From Octopus bimaculoides (lineage: Eukaryota): 45,950 bases of DNA. Position 1 is the stretch's first letter, and each line of letters opens with the position of its first letter. Made by a program: the position numbers and the translations under genes. The notes beneath the pieces are model-generated. The model ran no database searches. It was given only the letters and a program-made list of their open reading frames with translations, and was not told where the DNA came from. The DNA lies in NCBI RefSeq assembly GCF_001194135.2, contig NC_069001.1:13720970-13766919 (forward strand), in the 5' to 3' direction. Positions 1 through 12,993 of the stretch are shown here, piece by piece.

Positions 1-134
1 GAGAGAGGAGACAAGAGAGAGAGGAGACAAGAGAGAGAGGAGACAAGAGAGAGAGGAGACAAGAGAGAGAGGAGACAAGAGAGAGAGGAGACAAGAGAGA
101 GAGGAGACAAGAGAGAGAGGAGACAAGAGAGAGG
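1..134. repeat. 16-bp minisatellite (GAGAGAGAGGAGACAA)n, about 8 copies
   Basis: ACAA recurs every 16 nt, ending at 14, 30, 46 ... 126. Confidence 0.95.
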
Positions 135-630
135 GAGTGTATTTGTCATGTAGGTGATAGTGATAACCCTGAAAGGAGGGGAGAGGAAAGAGGGCTAAGT
201 GTTCCCCTTCACTGATTGTTCTTCCATGTAGCCCTACAGAGCAGGAGAAGGGTACAGGGTAATACCCCAACTAAGCAAGGAAGAGAGGTTATCAACATGT
301 ATAGAAGCACCTAGTCTGTATGAATATGCAGTTTCTGTATATTTGTATATTCATACACATACATGTATATATATGTATGTGTGTGTGTATATATGTATAT
401 ATATGTATGTGTGTGTGTATATGTACATATATATTTAATTATATGTATTTATTCTATCCTAATAAATAATAATTCTGATAGAATAAATGGGTTAATAGAA
501 ACCAAGGTAGCAAAGATCACAAAATAACTGTGGTGTAATTCCTTTTAGTGAGGCAGAAACTCCTTGATATTTTGGGTATTTGAGTATATTTAAAAATTTA
601 AGGAATGGAGAAAACGCATGTTATAACTGC

Positions 631-726
631 ATACTTTATTCCGACATGTTTCGAAGAATTACAATTTATGCGATCCATAGGAATTGGCGATGTTAAAAAT
701 GTAAACTTCTCCTCAGGGAAAAGCAT
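631..726 (-). ncRNA. Minimal type I hammerhead ribozyme (Penelope/retrozyme type)
   Basis: Minus strand reads ATGCTTTTCC-CTGAGGA(716-710)-GAAG...CTTC-GAAAC(652-648)-AT-GTC(645-643)-GGAATAAAGTAT. The core is complete, helix II is closed by G-C, helix III is the palindrome ACATGT, helix I is about 10 bp with two bulges, and the cleavage triplet is GUC. Confidence 0.8.
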
Positions 727-1398
727 GGGAATCATCTTAAACGTAAGNNNNNNNNNNNNNNNNNNNNNNNNNNNNNNNNNNNNNNNNNNNNNNNNNNNNN
801 NNNNNNNNNNNNNNNNNNNNNNNNNNNNNNNNNNNNNNNNNNNNNNNNNNNNNNNNNNNNNNNNNNNNNNNNNNNNNNNNNNNNNNNNNNNNNNNNNNNN
901 NNNNNNNNNNNNNNNNNNNNNNNNNNNNNNNNNNNNNNNNNNNNNNNNNNNNNNNNNNNNNNNNNNNNNNNNNNNNNNNNNNNNNNNNNNNNNNNNNNNN
1001 NNNNNNNNNNNNNNNNNNNNNNNNNNNNNNNNNNNNNNNNNNNNNNNNNNNNNNNNNNNNNNNNNNNNNNNNNNNNNNNNNNNNNNNNNNNNNNNNNNNN
1101 NNNNNNNNNNNNNNNNNNNNNNNNNNNNNNNNNNNNNNNNNNNNNNNNNNNNNNNNNNNNNNNNNNNNNNNNNNNNNNNNNNNNNNNNNNNNNNNNNNNN
1201 NNNNNNNNNNNNNNNNNNNNNNNNNNNNNNNNNNNNNNNNNNNNNNNNNNNNNNNNNNNNNNNNNNNNNNNNNNNNNNNNNNNNNNNNNNNNNNNNNNNN
1301 NNNNNNNNNNNNNNNNNNNNNNNNNNNNNNNNNNNNNNNNNNNNNNNNNNNNNNNNNNNNNNNNNNNNNNNNNNNNNNNNNNNNNNNNNNNNNNNNNN

Positions 1399-1776
1399 TG
1401 CAAAGACCTGTTGAGGCAAGTGAAGTTATCGTCGTGGTTGATGACAGTAATGCCTGATTGACACCTGTGCCGGTGGCACATAAGAAGCACCATTCGAGCG
1501 GGGTCAATGCCAGTGCCGCCTGACTGGCTCCCATGCCAGTGCTGGCTGACTGGTTCCATGGCGGTTGCATGCAAAAAGCACCATTCAAGCATGGTCGATG
1601 CTAGTACCGCCTGACTGGCCCCCATGCCAGTGGCACATAAAAAGTACCCACTACACTCTCAGAGTGGTTGGCATTAGAAAGGACATCCAGCTGTAGAAAC
1701 TTTGCCAGATCGGATTGGAGCCTGATGCAGCCTTCTGGCTTGCCAGCCCTCAGTCAAACCATCGAACCCATGCAAG
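1399..1776 (+). mobile_element. SINE family B (RTE-like tail), diverged copy
   Basis: Contains GTGGTTGGCATTAGAAAGGACATCCAGCTGTAGAAAC...AACCCATGCAAGCA, homologous to 13775-14100 and 39290-39470. Confidence 0.8.
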
Positions 1777-1989
1777 CACATAATATACACACACATAACA
1801 CATATAAAAACTGATACAGGTTGGATAGTTCATTAAATCCTTATATTTACAAGAAACAATTTTGTTCGTTTTACACCTGGAAATTCCCAGCCCACAATGT
1901 ACGATGAATGCACCACATGTTGTGTAGAATCTACATATATGTTGGTGTGTTTTATATCATAGATAGACATCAGCTGTTGTCTAAAGCTT

Positions 1990-2610
1990 TATGTAGCCTA
2001 CATGGCCTGTTGAGTGACATGCAATGTGACAAACACAGTTGTCATGTAGAGTTCCATGGATCACATGTATGATGTTAAGTAGGGTGTCATGTAACAGACA
2101 TAGTCAGTTATATTGGAGTTTCATGTGGCACTCATGCTTTGTTGTTTGTAATATTATGTAGTACATGTGGTGCTCTGCTGTGTGGTCTCCCATGTAACAT
2201 ACATGGTTTGTTGTGTGGAATTCCATGTGGTAAATGGTTTGTTGCATGGAGGGTCATGTGACAGACACAGTCAGTTGTGTAGAGCATCATGTAGCACACA
2301 TAGCATGTCAAATATGTCATGTGACCTACACGGTCTGTTATGTTAGAATTTCATGTAGCACACATGGTTCATTTAATGGCGTGTCATGTGATAGACATGG
2401 TCTGTCAAGTGGATGGTCATGTGGGATACATGTTTTTCTGTGTGAAATGTCACATGACTCTTGTGGTCAGTTGTGGGGTGTATCATGTGGCACAAATGGT
2501 CTGTCTGGCATGTGGAGTGTTAAGTATCAAACACATGTAGTTAGCCATGTGGCTTGCAATCATGTGGCTTGCAATCATGTGGCATGTTGAGTGACATGAC
2601 AGACTTGACC
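1990..2610. repeat. Degenerate CATGT-rich tandem repeat
   Basis: Recurrent variants of TCATGTGGCACACATGG and GTCATGTGACAGACACAGTCAGTT. Confidence 0.75.
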
Positions 2611-2964
2611 AGTAAACATTAACATAGACAACCACCTCCATCACCATAACAACAAACAGTCGGACAGCTTCTAGCTATGGTTGGAATGCCCGACATTAAT
2701 AAATCTGAAGAATTTAACCAGCGGTGGTGGTGGTGGTGGTGGTGGTGGTGGTAGAGAGGCCAAACATGAAACCAGTGCCAAGACACCAACCTAACAACCA
2801 ATCAACCAGATTCCCCCTCCCCTCAAACTGCGATTATACAATAACATCTCTTTCATTTACATTTAATTAATTACATAATATACACCACTGTCTTTGCTAA
2901 TTAACAACACTTAATCAGAGTGCTTTGATATATGTGTTGTTGTTAATGATGTTGGGGTGGGTGT

Positions 2965-3450
2965 ATGGCAGTGTTGTATGATGGTGGTGGTGGTGGCGGT
3001 GGTGGTGAGGATGGTGGTTGTGATGATGGAGATAGTGGTGGTGGTGGTGGTGGTGGTGGTTTATAGGTGAGGTGTGATGATAGTGATGGTGATGGTGGTT
3101 AATAGGATGAAATGTGGTGGTGGTGGTGATTACGGTGGTGTTGGTGAAGACAGTAGTGGTAAAACAAATATAAATGGTTAAGTACCATAAAACAGCTCTA
3201 ATCCAAGACCAAGCTGTCAGTCAGAAGCTCCTCCACCACCACCACCACTACTACTACTTTCACCACTACTACTACTACTTTCACCACTACAAATACCATC
3301 ATTAGCTTTACATAAGTACTGCCCCACTACCACCTATACAACAGTGTCCCACCACTATCGGCACCATCACTACCACCACAACCATCATCACCACAACCAT
3401 CATCATCATGATTGTCATCAGTTATACATGTTTCCTGCCCCATCATCACC
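2965..3450. repeat. Compound trinucleotide tracts (GGT/GAT)n then (ACC/ACT/ATC)n
   Basis: Read directly from the sequence. Confidence 0.9.
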
Positions 3451-3755
3451 GCCAGTGGCATGACAAAGGTTCCAGTTGATCCAATCAATGGAACAGCCTG
3501 CTTGTGAAATTAATGTGCAAGTGGGTGAGTACTCCACAGGTACATGTAACTTTAATGTAGTTCTCTCAAGGAGATTCAGCTTAACACAGAATGTCACATG
3601 ACTGGTCCCTTTTGAATTACAGGTACAATTCGTTTTTGCCAGCTGAGTGGACTAGAGCAACATGAAATAAAGTGCCTTGCTCAAGGACTCAATGTACCAC
3701 GAAGAATCGAACTCACAACCTTACAATCATGAGTTGAATACCTTGAACCACTAGA
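3445..3755 (-). mobile_element. tRNA-headed CORE-like SINE (family D)
   Basis: Reverse complement has a tRNA-like head (TAGTGGTTC...GTGAGTTCGATTC), the CORE-like TTGAGCAAGGCACTTTATTTCATGTTGCTCTAGTCCACTCAGCTGG, and the tail also found at 30015-30255 and 26640-26770. Confidence 0.75.
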
Positions 3756-4278
3756 CCACGTCTTTACTCATCACCACCACCACCAACATCAACATCAACA
3801 TCATCATGATCATCCTCATCAGCTTTTATAAGTTCACTGCCTTGCCACCATCACCATACACCTACAACAGTCATCATCATCATCATCGTCATCATCATTG
3901 TGATCATCATGGTCATCATCAACTCTACATGTTCACTGTTCCTACTACCAACACCACCACCACCACCACCCATACTGGCATAAACGCAGGAGCAAGTCTT
4001 CAGCACAGCGAGAACATTTCTACTGTGCTTTTTGTACTTTGTCAATGCCACCATTACCACTTACCACCATCATCACCATCCGAGAACAGCCAAGCGTTCG
4101 GGTATTGGAGAACAAGTGGGAGTAGATGACATAGCATGGGGTTGTTGCATATATACATGAACAGAGAGAAACATACACACATGAGGAAACAGTAATATAA
4201 AACAGCTCCCCACCACACTTTTGGCTCTGTATATTTCATTTTCTGATATTTTTTTTGTTCGTGTGGGTGTAGATGTGG

Positions 4279-4314
<36 letters not shown>

Positions 4315-4528
4315 TGTTAATGTTATGATATGGTAAATTAATGTTCAATCTTGTAAAACACTGTAACTGATTCCATTAATATATACAAACATATGTGTAA
4401 TGTATATGTACATACATGTACACACATCACAGTCAGTAAATATATATCTATACACACAGTACATATAAGGTAACACTGTGCGTGTGTGTGTGCATGCAAA
4501 TATATATACATATATGCATACATATATA

Positions 4529-4585
<57 letters not shown>

Positions 4586-5664
4586 CGCATACATATTTTA
4601 GATATAAATATATATGTACTTATGTGTGTGTATGAATGTGTGTCTATATATATATATGTACGCAATGTATATAGAATACATACATATATCATGTATATAT
4701 ATATATGTGTGTGTGTGTGTATATATATACACACACACACACACATATATTAATGTTTGCTTTCGTTATAATAAAAACACTTCACATCAAACTGAATGAT
4801 TACTCAATACATTTGGAAGAATACAAATTTATTATTCTTTAACAAGAATAGTATTGACAGTGACAACGGAGTTTTCACCAGCTAAGGCCTCGTATGGAGG
4901 CAAATTCTCTGATCACAAATGAGAAATGCAGGTCATAAATGAGAAACGCAAACTGCAAAAAAAATCTGTTTATAGTGATCAAATGTGTATACATTATATT
5001 ACCTAACTTCCTCCATCAAATCGACATTGCCTGTACAGATGCACAATATGCCTACTGCACATCAAATATCAAAATGATTGCAGAATGAAATGTTTTGCTT
5101 ATAAACACAATGCACTTCCCAGTCAAGGAATTGAAACCACAATCTTGCAGTTCTGAGTGTGACACTGCAACCAGGACAAATATTGCTTAGCATTTTTTAT
5201 CCGCCGCTTTCCCAAAACTTTACTAACTAACCATTCTTCCTTTATTTAACTTGGCACTGTAAACACAGGCACCAAATCCCTTGCTCATTGTTGAAATATT
5301 TTGCCCATATATGGAATCATGATGCTTGTGACCATATTTTCCTCCAGTCCCCTCTCTTCTCGGCTAAAATTTATTAAGGTACAAAGGAAGACTGTTTTAA
5401 TGAACAAGTTATCTCTTCATTCCGTTTTCTTTTTTTTAACCATTTTTGTATTTTGTTTCTTTCATATTGCACAGTTGGTGTTCATGTGTATAAAACTTGT
5501 ATGTGTGTATATAACGTAAGTAGTTCAGATAACTAAAAAAAAAACACACACACACTAAAGCATTAGACTGTAATATATTTTGTAGGAAGTTATACTGCTA
5601 AGCACTTTATAGGTGTGAAACCATTGGCCACTCTATGATCGATCATAATTTTTAATTTTTAACT

Positions 5665-5770
5665 TCATCATCATCATCATCATTTAACGTCCACTTTCCA
5701 TGCTAGCATGGGTTGGACGATTTGACGGAGGACTGGTGAACCAGATGGCTACACCAGGCTCCAATCTGGT
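5665..5770 (-). mobile_element. SINE family B 3' tail fragment
   Basis: (CAT)n-TTTAACGTCCACTTTCCATGCTAGCATGGGTTGGACGATTTGAC, matching 9358-9450. Confidence 0.85.
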
Positions 5771-5870
5771 GCACATAGAAATACAGATATGTGTATGTGT
5801 ATATATGTGTGTGTATAATCCAGTATATGTGCATATACGTGTGTGTGTGTGTGTGTGTGTGAGTGTATAA

Positions 5871-6017
5871 GCGCAGGCATGGGTGTGTAGTAAGAAGCTT
5901 GTTCCCAACCACATGGTTCCAGGTTCAGTCCCACAAATGTCTTCTACAAAAGCCTTGGGCCAACCAAAGCCTTGTGAACAGAGACTTACTTAATAGATGG
6001 AAACTGAAAAAAGCCTG

Positions 6018-6020
<3 letters not shown>
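5871..6020 (+). mobile_element. SINE family A head module
   Basis: GCGCAGGCATGGGTGTGTAG...GGTTCAGTCCCAC (A/B-box-like), homologous to 18318-18480. Confidence 0.85.
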
Positions 6021-6058
<38 letters not shown>

Positions 6059-6351
6059 NNNNNNNNNNNNNNNNNNNNNNNNNNNNNNNNNNNNNNNNNN
6101 NNNNNNNNNNNNNNNNNNNNNNNNNNNNNNNNNNNNNNNNNNNNNNNNNNNNNNNNNNNNNNNNNNNNNNNNNNNNNNNNNNNNNNNNNNNNNNNNNNNN
6201 NNNNNNNNNNNNNNNNNNNNNNNNNNCATGCATATCATCCTTTCTTATTTAATAAAATATCAGTGATCTATTGAGGTCTTACCGAAAATCAAAGTATATC
6301 ACTTAGAATTCACACCAAAAAAAGCAGATTATATAGATGTGTAAGTATATA

Positions 6352-6780
6352 TACTCTTCTACTCTTTTACTTGTTTCAGTCATTTCACTGAGGCCACGCT
6401 GGAGCACCGCCTTTAGTCGAGCTAATCGACCCTGGGACTTATTCTTTGTAAGCCTAGTACTTATTCTATCGGTCTCTTTTGGCCGAACCGCTAAGTTATG
6501 GGGACGTAAACACACCAGCATTGGTTGTCAAGCGATGGTGGGGGGGACAAATACAGCGATGGTGGGGGGACAAACACACACACATACATATACACATATA
6601 TACATATATACGACGAGCTTCTTTCAGTTTAGTTTCCGTCTACCAGATCCACTCATAAGGCATTGGTCGGCCCGAGGCTATAGTAGAAGACACTTGCCCA
6701 AGGTGCCACGCAGTGGGACTGAACCCGAAACCATGTGGTTGGTAAGCAAGCTACTTACCACTCAGCCACTCCTGCACCTA
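6352..6780 (-). mobile_element. SINE family A, full length (head, internal microsatellite, tail)
   Basis: Near-complete reverse complement of 18318-18740. Confidence 0.9.
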
Positions 6781-6826
6781 TATATTTTTATAAAATCACA
6801 TTACATATTATGTGTGTAAACTCACA

Positions 6827-6872
<46 letters not shown>

Positions 6873-6907
6873 AACACAGAAATAAATGCATGTACATGGC
6901 AGTGACC

Positions 6908-6943
<36 letters not shown>

Positions 6944-7502
6944 GTGCGTAGATACGCATCGCATACACACACCACAAATTGACTGACACTGATTTCCATC
7001 ATAAAATTAAAAACAAAACAAAAAGAAAAGAAAAAGGAAAAAAAAAAAGAGATTAAATAGTAAAAAGTGAAAAAAATACAGAAGCTTCTAGAAAAATCTC
7101 TTAATTCACAATGGTTTCACTTTCCCATTGTTACCAGCAAGAAAGCCAAAAAATTCACAACAAAAAAAAAATTGAATAAAATAAGCCAAGCTATAAAAAA
7201 ATACAACTCTTTCAAAGACAGATTGTGCTATATTCTATATATAGCTGTTTAACAAGTCATTACAAGATTTCTCTGGTGGGGTTTTTAGCATTGTTGTTGT
7301 TGTTTTTCATGCACTGTTTGAACTTAAGAAGAAACTACTAAACAAAATGAACTTTAATCCGATTTATTAGCAATTAGAGTTTACCAATGCCATATCTATC
7401 TATCTATCTATCTATCTATTTACCTCTGTGTGTATGTATGTAGATAAATAGACAGAGAGATAGATATTTATATAGATAAATGAGATGACAAAGAAATAAC
7501 TG

Positions 7503-7693
7503 ATTATCTTACAGCTGTTTCTGCTATGAGATGCGGTGGACTCATGGCTGAGTGCCTGTGTAATGCCTTACAGTTTCATCAGAGCACTTAATGTGCACTT
7601 CAGGTTTGAGGTTCTGATGAAGCTATAAGGTATTACTCAGGCACTCAACTATGAGTCCACTGTATTTTATAGCAGAAACAGCTGTAAGCTAAT
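7503..7693. ncRNA. Inverted pair of minimal hammerhead-like modules forming a 191-bp imperfect fold-back
   Basis: Plus strand: CTGATGA(7614-7620)-A-GCTATAA...TTATAGC-A-GAAAC(7675-7679)-AGCT-GTA. Minus strand: CTGATGA(7582-7576)...GAAAC(7521-7517)-AGCT-GTA. The outer 20 bp, CTTACAGCTGTTTCTGCTAT (7508-7527) and 7669-7688, are perfectly inverted. Helix I is weak in both copies. Confidence 0.6.
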
Positions 7694-8674
7694 GAAGTTC
7701 ATAAGCTAATTATCTATTCCTTAGTCATCTTTTTTTAGTATCACTCTGTACTTGACTAAAGCTTCATTCAAAAGCACAATATATTGAGTTCTATTAGTAC
7801 TGGCCCAAGGGTGGGGGTTGCTTTTCTTTTGTTTTGTGAGGTATTTGGCAACCTCACTTATGCTGGTGTCACAAAAACAAGAAAAACCACCCAGTTAATG
7901 CCGTAAAGTTGTTGGTAATTAGGGAGGGCATCCAGTCAGAAAAAATCTCTACGAAAGCAGCAACTGGAACTCAACACAATCTCCAGAATCATTGGATCCT
8001 GCAATCCCCAGACTTGTTGAACTGTCCTACCTGTGCCAGCACAGAGGGTGGACATTAATTGAAGAAGAAGAAGAAGAAGAAGAAAAAGAAGAAGAAGAAA
8101 AAGAAGAAGAAGAGGAGGAGGTGGAGGAGGAGGAGGAGGTGGTGGTGGTGGTGGTGGTAGTAGTAGTAGTATAAGAAGCCAGTTTCCCTTGCATACTTGT
8201 TTCTCCTTCCTTTCCTGCAACTAAATGACAACTAAAAACAGTTTTTCTGAGCTTCCAGTTACCATTTTCTCTCTTAATATCTTTTATTTCCATTCTTTGT
8301 ATTCCATTTTACTCAAAGCTTGAATGGTGAGATTCTTAGAAGTTGCATGTTAGGTGGTGACTGACAGTGAGTAGGATAGTGGCGGTGGTAGTATTTCAGT
8401 GTGGGTGTCTGGTGATGGTGGTGGTGGTGGTGGTGGTAGCTGGCAGTAGGAGATGGCATTATTATACTATCGAAACATTCCAGAATTACTTATCCCTAAA
8501 AGGTCCACTTCTGAGATATAGGAAAATATATCAAGATTTTAAAGCAGAAAAAAATCTACAGAAGATAATGTCTTCTGTCAAGGGTCTTATTATTTTGTGT
8601 GTGTGTGTATTTATACATGGGTGTATGTATATTATACACACAGAGACAAACATACAAACACATATACATGTGTA

Positions 8675-8843
8675 GACAGATAGATAGACAGACAGACAGA
8701 CAGATAGATAGATAGATAGACAGATAGATAGACAGACAGACAGATAGACAGACAGACAGACAGATAGACAGACAGACAGACAGATAGATAGACAGACAGA
8801 TAGACAGACAGACAGACAGACAGATAGATAGATAGACAGGTGA

Positions 8844-8890
<47 letters not shown>
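8675..8890. repeat. Compound (TAGA/CAGA)n tetranucleotide microsatellite
   Basis: Read directly from the sequence. Confidence 0.95.
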
Positions 8891-9135
8891 TATATATGTT
8901 ATATACATGTATTACGTGTGTGTGTAGAGACAAACAGACAGATATGTCTCACCACTACCCCCACCCAGCTTCTCTCCTTTTAATTAAGTTTCTCATTCAA
9001 CCATGCTACAACACAGCTCCACTCGTTAAGCAACGTTAAGTAAAACAAAGAGAAATCATTCTCATTGTTTGCTTCTGTTCTCATGCAGTCTTTACTCTAT
9101 AAATTCTATTATACCTCTGACATATATATTATTAT

Positions 9136-9166
<31 letters not shown>

Positions 9167-9357
9167 CGCTGTTGTAGTTGATGCTCAGACGTAGGTCACC
9201 AGATACTTCATTAACCCTTTAACATCTAGACTGGCCATATCTGGCCAAAATATTCTACATATTTTATGTTCAAACTGGCCAGATCCAGCCAAAATATTCC
9301 ACCTGTTCAAACTGGCCAGATCCAGCCAAAATATTCCACCTGTTCAAACTGGCCAGA

Positions 9358-9600
9358 TCATCATCATCATCATCATCATCATCGTTTAACGTCCGCTTTC
9401 CATGCTAGCATGGGTTGGACGATTTGACTGAGGACTGGTGAAACCGGATGGCAACACCAGGCTCCAGTCTAATTGGCAGAGTTTCTACAGCTGGATGCCC
9501 TTCCTAACGCCAACCACTCAGAGAGTGTAGTGGGTGCTTTTACGTGTCACCCGCACGAAAACGGCCACGCTCGAAATGGTGTCTTTTATGTGCCACCCCC
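9358..9600 (-). mobile_element. SINE family B copy inserted into the 37-bp array
   Basis: (ATC)n-GTTTAACGTCCGCTTTCCATGCTAGCATGGG...CTGGATGCCCTTCCTAACGCCAACCAC interrupts GCCAGAT|CCAGCC. Confidence 0.9.
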
Positions 9601-10540
9601 AGCCAAAATATTCTACCTGTTCAAACTGGCCAGATCCAGCCAAAATATTCTACCTGTTCAAACTGGCCAGATCCAACCCAAATATTCTACGTAATTCATG
9701 TTTTAACTGGCCAAATCCAGCACAAATATTTTACATGTTATATGTTCAAACTAGTCAGATTTGACCTCTCACACTAACCCTTCATTCTAAAAATAAACAG
9801 CTACATCACCAAAATCTCAAAGCTATCAGATGGAACATGAGTAGACCTTAAGTATTTAAACTAGCAATATCAGGTACAACTCTTTATAATCATTTTATGC
9901 TCAAACTGGCCAGATCTGGCCTCTTACGCCTACCCTACAATCTCATTCTAAAAGTAATCATATCACTGATATCTCAAAGCTATAAGATAATACATGATTA
10001 GTTCTTTAGAATTTAAACTGACTGGATCAAACCCAAATCTTATACTAATTTTATGTTCAAACTGGCCAGATTCAACATTTTATACCTACATCTCATACCT
10101 ACAATGTCATTCTAAAAATAAACAGTCACATTATTGAAATCTCAAAGCTATGAGATAAATCATGAGTAGTCCTTGAACATTTAAACTGGCCCCATCAATC
10201 CCAAATTTATTCGTTTTCTGTTTCAGCCTATCACACCAACCCTACAATGTCATTCTAAAAATAAACAGTCACATTATTGAAATCTCAAAGCTATGAGATA
10301 AATCATGAATAGTCCTTGAACATTTAAACTGGCCACATCAAGCCCAAATTTACTCGTTTCCTGTTTGAACTGGACAGATTCAGCCTATCACACCAACCCT
10401 ACAATGTCATTCTAAAAATAAACAATCACATAATTGAAATCTCAAAGCTACAAGATAATGCAGATGATTGAAAATAGGTTAAAATGAAAAAAAAATTATT
10501 ATTAAACTCCTTTACTTCAAGTAGAAATGGAAATACTCGG

Positions 10541-10636
10541 TGTCCTATAAATAGGACACTGAGACAATGTGATATAGCTTATTTAATGTTCTCATTTAGT
10601 GTCCTATTTATAGGACAGTGGGACTTAATGGGTTAA
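10541..10636. mobile_element. Nested MITE end with inverted hairpin motifs
   Basis: TGTCCTATAAATAGGACACT (10541-10560) and its exact reverse complement (10598-10617), each self-complementary, followed by the terminus GGGACTTAATGGGTTAA. Confidence 0.6.
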
Positions 10637-11561
10637 TATAAGCATTACATTTGACAAAATAATTAGAATGCTAAAGGGTTATGGATAAAAAGCAGTAGGG
10701 CTTGAATTAAAATATATTTAGCTGTTATTTCTAGCAGATCGAGAGGCCACATAGAAGATTCCATCAGACTTGGGCATGTTTTTTGGGTAGTGGAGGCAGC
10801 ATTATGGCACCTGCCATCCTACATAAGGAACACAGCCAAGTTGCGGGGNNNNNNNNNNNNNNNNNNNNNNNNNNNNNNNNNNNNNNNNNNNNNNNNNNNN
10901 NNNNNNNNNNNNNNNNNNNNNNNNNNNNNNNNNNNNNNNNNNNNNNNNNNNNNNNNNNNNNNNNNNNNNNNNNNNNNNNNNNNNNNNNNNNNNNNNNNNN
11001 NNNNNNNNNNNNNNNNNNNNNNNNNNNNNNNNNNNNNNNNNNNNNNNNNNNNNNNNNNNNNNNNNNNNNNNNNNNNNNNNNNNNNNNNNNNNNNNNNNNN
11101 NNNNNNNNNNNNNNNNNNNNNNNNNNNNNNNNNNNNNNNNNNNNNNNNNNNNNNNNNNNNNNNNNNNNNNNNNNNNNNNNNNNNNNNNNNNNNNNNNNNN
11201 NNNNNNNNNNNNNNNNNNNNNNNNNNNNNNNNNNNNNNNNNNNNNNNNNNNNNNNNNNNNNNNNNNNNNNNNNNNNNNNNNNNNNNNNNNNNNNNNNNNN
11301 NNNNNNNNNNNNNNNNNNNNNNNNNNNNNNNNNNNNNNNNNNNNNNNNNNNNNNNNNNNNNNNNNNNNNNNNNNNNNNNNNNNNNNNNNNNNNNNNNNNN
11401 NNNNNNNNNNNNNNNNNNNNNNNNNNNNNNNNNNNNNNNNNNNNNNNNNNNNNNNNNNNNNNNNNNNNNNTCTCTCTCTCTCTCTCTCTCTCTCTTTCAT
11501 TCTTTTTGATTCTTTCTCTCTTTCATTCTTTCTGATTCTGTGTCTCTCTTATTCTTTCTGA

Positions 11562-11616
<55 letters not shown>

Positions 11617-12019
11617 ACCCTCCTTTCCCAATCCACCATCTCACCCTCTTCTCCACCAGCTAAGAAAGACCAACAACACACCCAACAACAACAACATAAC
11701 AAGTACTCAGCTCCCTCTTCTGAGCAATATCAGAAGCCAGGCAAAGTGTCACTTCACTCCCCTGAAACAGCAACAAGCATCTCTACTTCAGCACTGTTGT
11801 TGTACATCACAGTCATCCTATCTCCTTTTACATACAGTAAGGTGAACTACACCATACACGCAACAGTGTTGTGTTACCTTCTTCTCTCCTATGTTAACCT
11901 AAATAACAAACAACACTACTAGAGAGGTATCGCTCTCTAGATTACGCACCCCTCTATCTTATCCTAAGCAAGGTCAAGTACTATATACCTGCCATACTGA
12001 TTTTCACATCTAAGCAGCC

Positions 12020-12215
12020 AAGCAATGAACCAACCAACACAACTATCCCACCAACAACCAACCAATCAATCGGGCAACCAAGAAATTAACCAACTAGCCA
12101 AGCAAGCAAACAAGCAGCCAACCAGCCAACAAGCCAGCCAACCAAACTACAAACCAACCAGCCAGCCTACCAACCAGCCAATCAGTTATCCAGCCAGCCG
12201 GCCGGCCAGCAAGTG
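12020..12215. repeat. Degenerate (CAAC/CAGC)n tetranucleotide tract
   Basis: Read directly from the sequence. Confidence 0.85.
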
Positions 12216-12654
12216 TTGAGCTTCCTTTAAGTGAGAAAAGGATTTTTTTTTTCCCTTCTTTTTCCTGTCTGTTCTGCTTAATTCATAATCCCCATCCAAA
12301 TCCAAATCTTCGGATAATGTTGTCAGATAATCCCAGGAAACAGATTAGTAATAAAGTTAATGCTATACTGGAACCATGGAAGCTGGTTGGACAGTTCCCA
12401 TGTTAAGAGGGTTTCCTTCACCACCCCCACACAGACACCACCATCACCATCATCATCATCATCATCCTTGTCATCACCAGCAGTAGTTATTCTGACATAA
12501 TTGAGTGAAGAAAGATCTGTCTTTGGATTGAGAAGGTTCTTTGCTTTGACATCATTCTGATACACATATTTTAAATCCCCTCTCTCTCCTCCTCCTCCTC
12601 CTCCTCCTCCTCCACACACACACACAAGAATATTCAGTGATTTCTCTCTTTGCC

Positions 12655-12985
12655 CTAGTTGTTGTTCTTGTTGCTAAGCCCTCACTCCACCCCTTCCAGG
12701 TCAATGATGAACAGAGCAGACTTATAATGGAAAAGTGTTTAATCCATGAATGTCTTGGCTTTTTGCCCAGATTACATTGCTCAGCATATCCTACAATGTT
12801 TTATGGTTTGAAGGAGATTTGGCTGCTATTTCTAGCTGGTTTAGCAACCACATTGAAGCTCCTATGATACAGTCCCCTGCTGCTTTTTACTTGCCATTGT
12901 TATCATTCTTTGGTGCTCTAGGCTGGCACTGAAAGAGCAGGCATGAGAAATATTCCAGCCACAACCATCCTGTCTTTTACCACAG
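12655..12985 (-). mobile_element. SINE family F fragments
   Basis: GAAGGAGATTTGGCTGCTATTTCTAGC and ATTCCAGCCACAACCATCCTGTC are reverse homologues of the 44630-45415 copies. Confidence 0.6.
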
Positions 12986-12993
12986 GTGACACT

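Larger units (their letters stand above)
9211..10681. mobile_element. TTAA-bounded (piggyBac-like) non-autonomous element with internally amplified units
   Basis: Starts TTAACCCTTTAACAT (9211) and ends AATGCTAAAGGGTTA (10681). Contains 37-bp tandem units (AAAATATTCCACCTGTTCAAACTGGCCAGATCCAGCC) and about five ~150-bp units (CCTACAATGTCATTCTAAAAATAAACA...CTCAAAGCTA). Confidence 0.7.

Noticed and set aside
9428-9445. CTGAGGA-CTGGT-GAAAC inside a family B tail
   Set aside because: No helix II or III pairing, and other copies (19742, 5728) lack GAAAC; coincidental.
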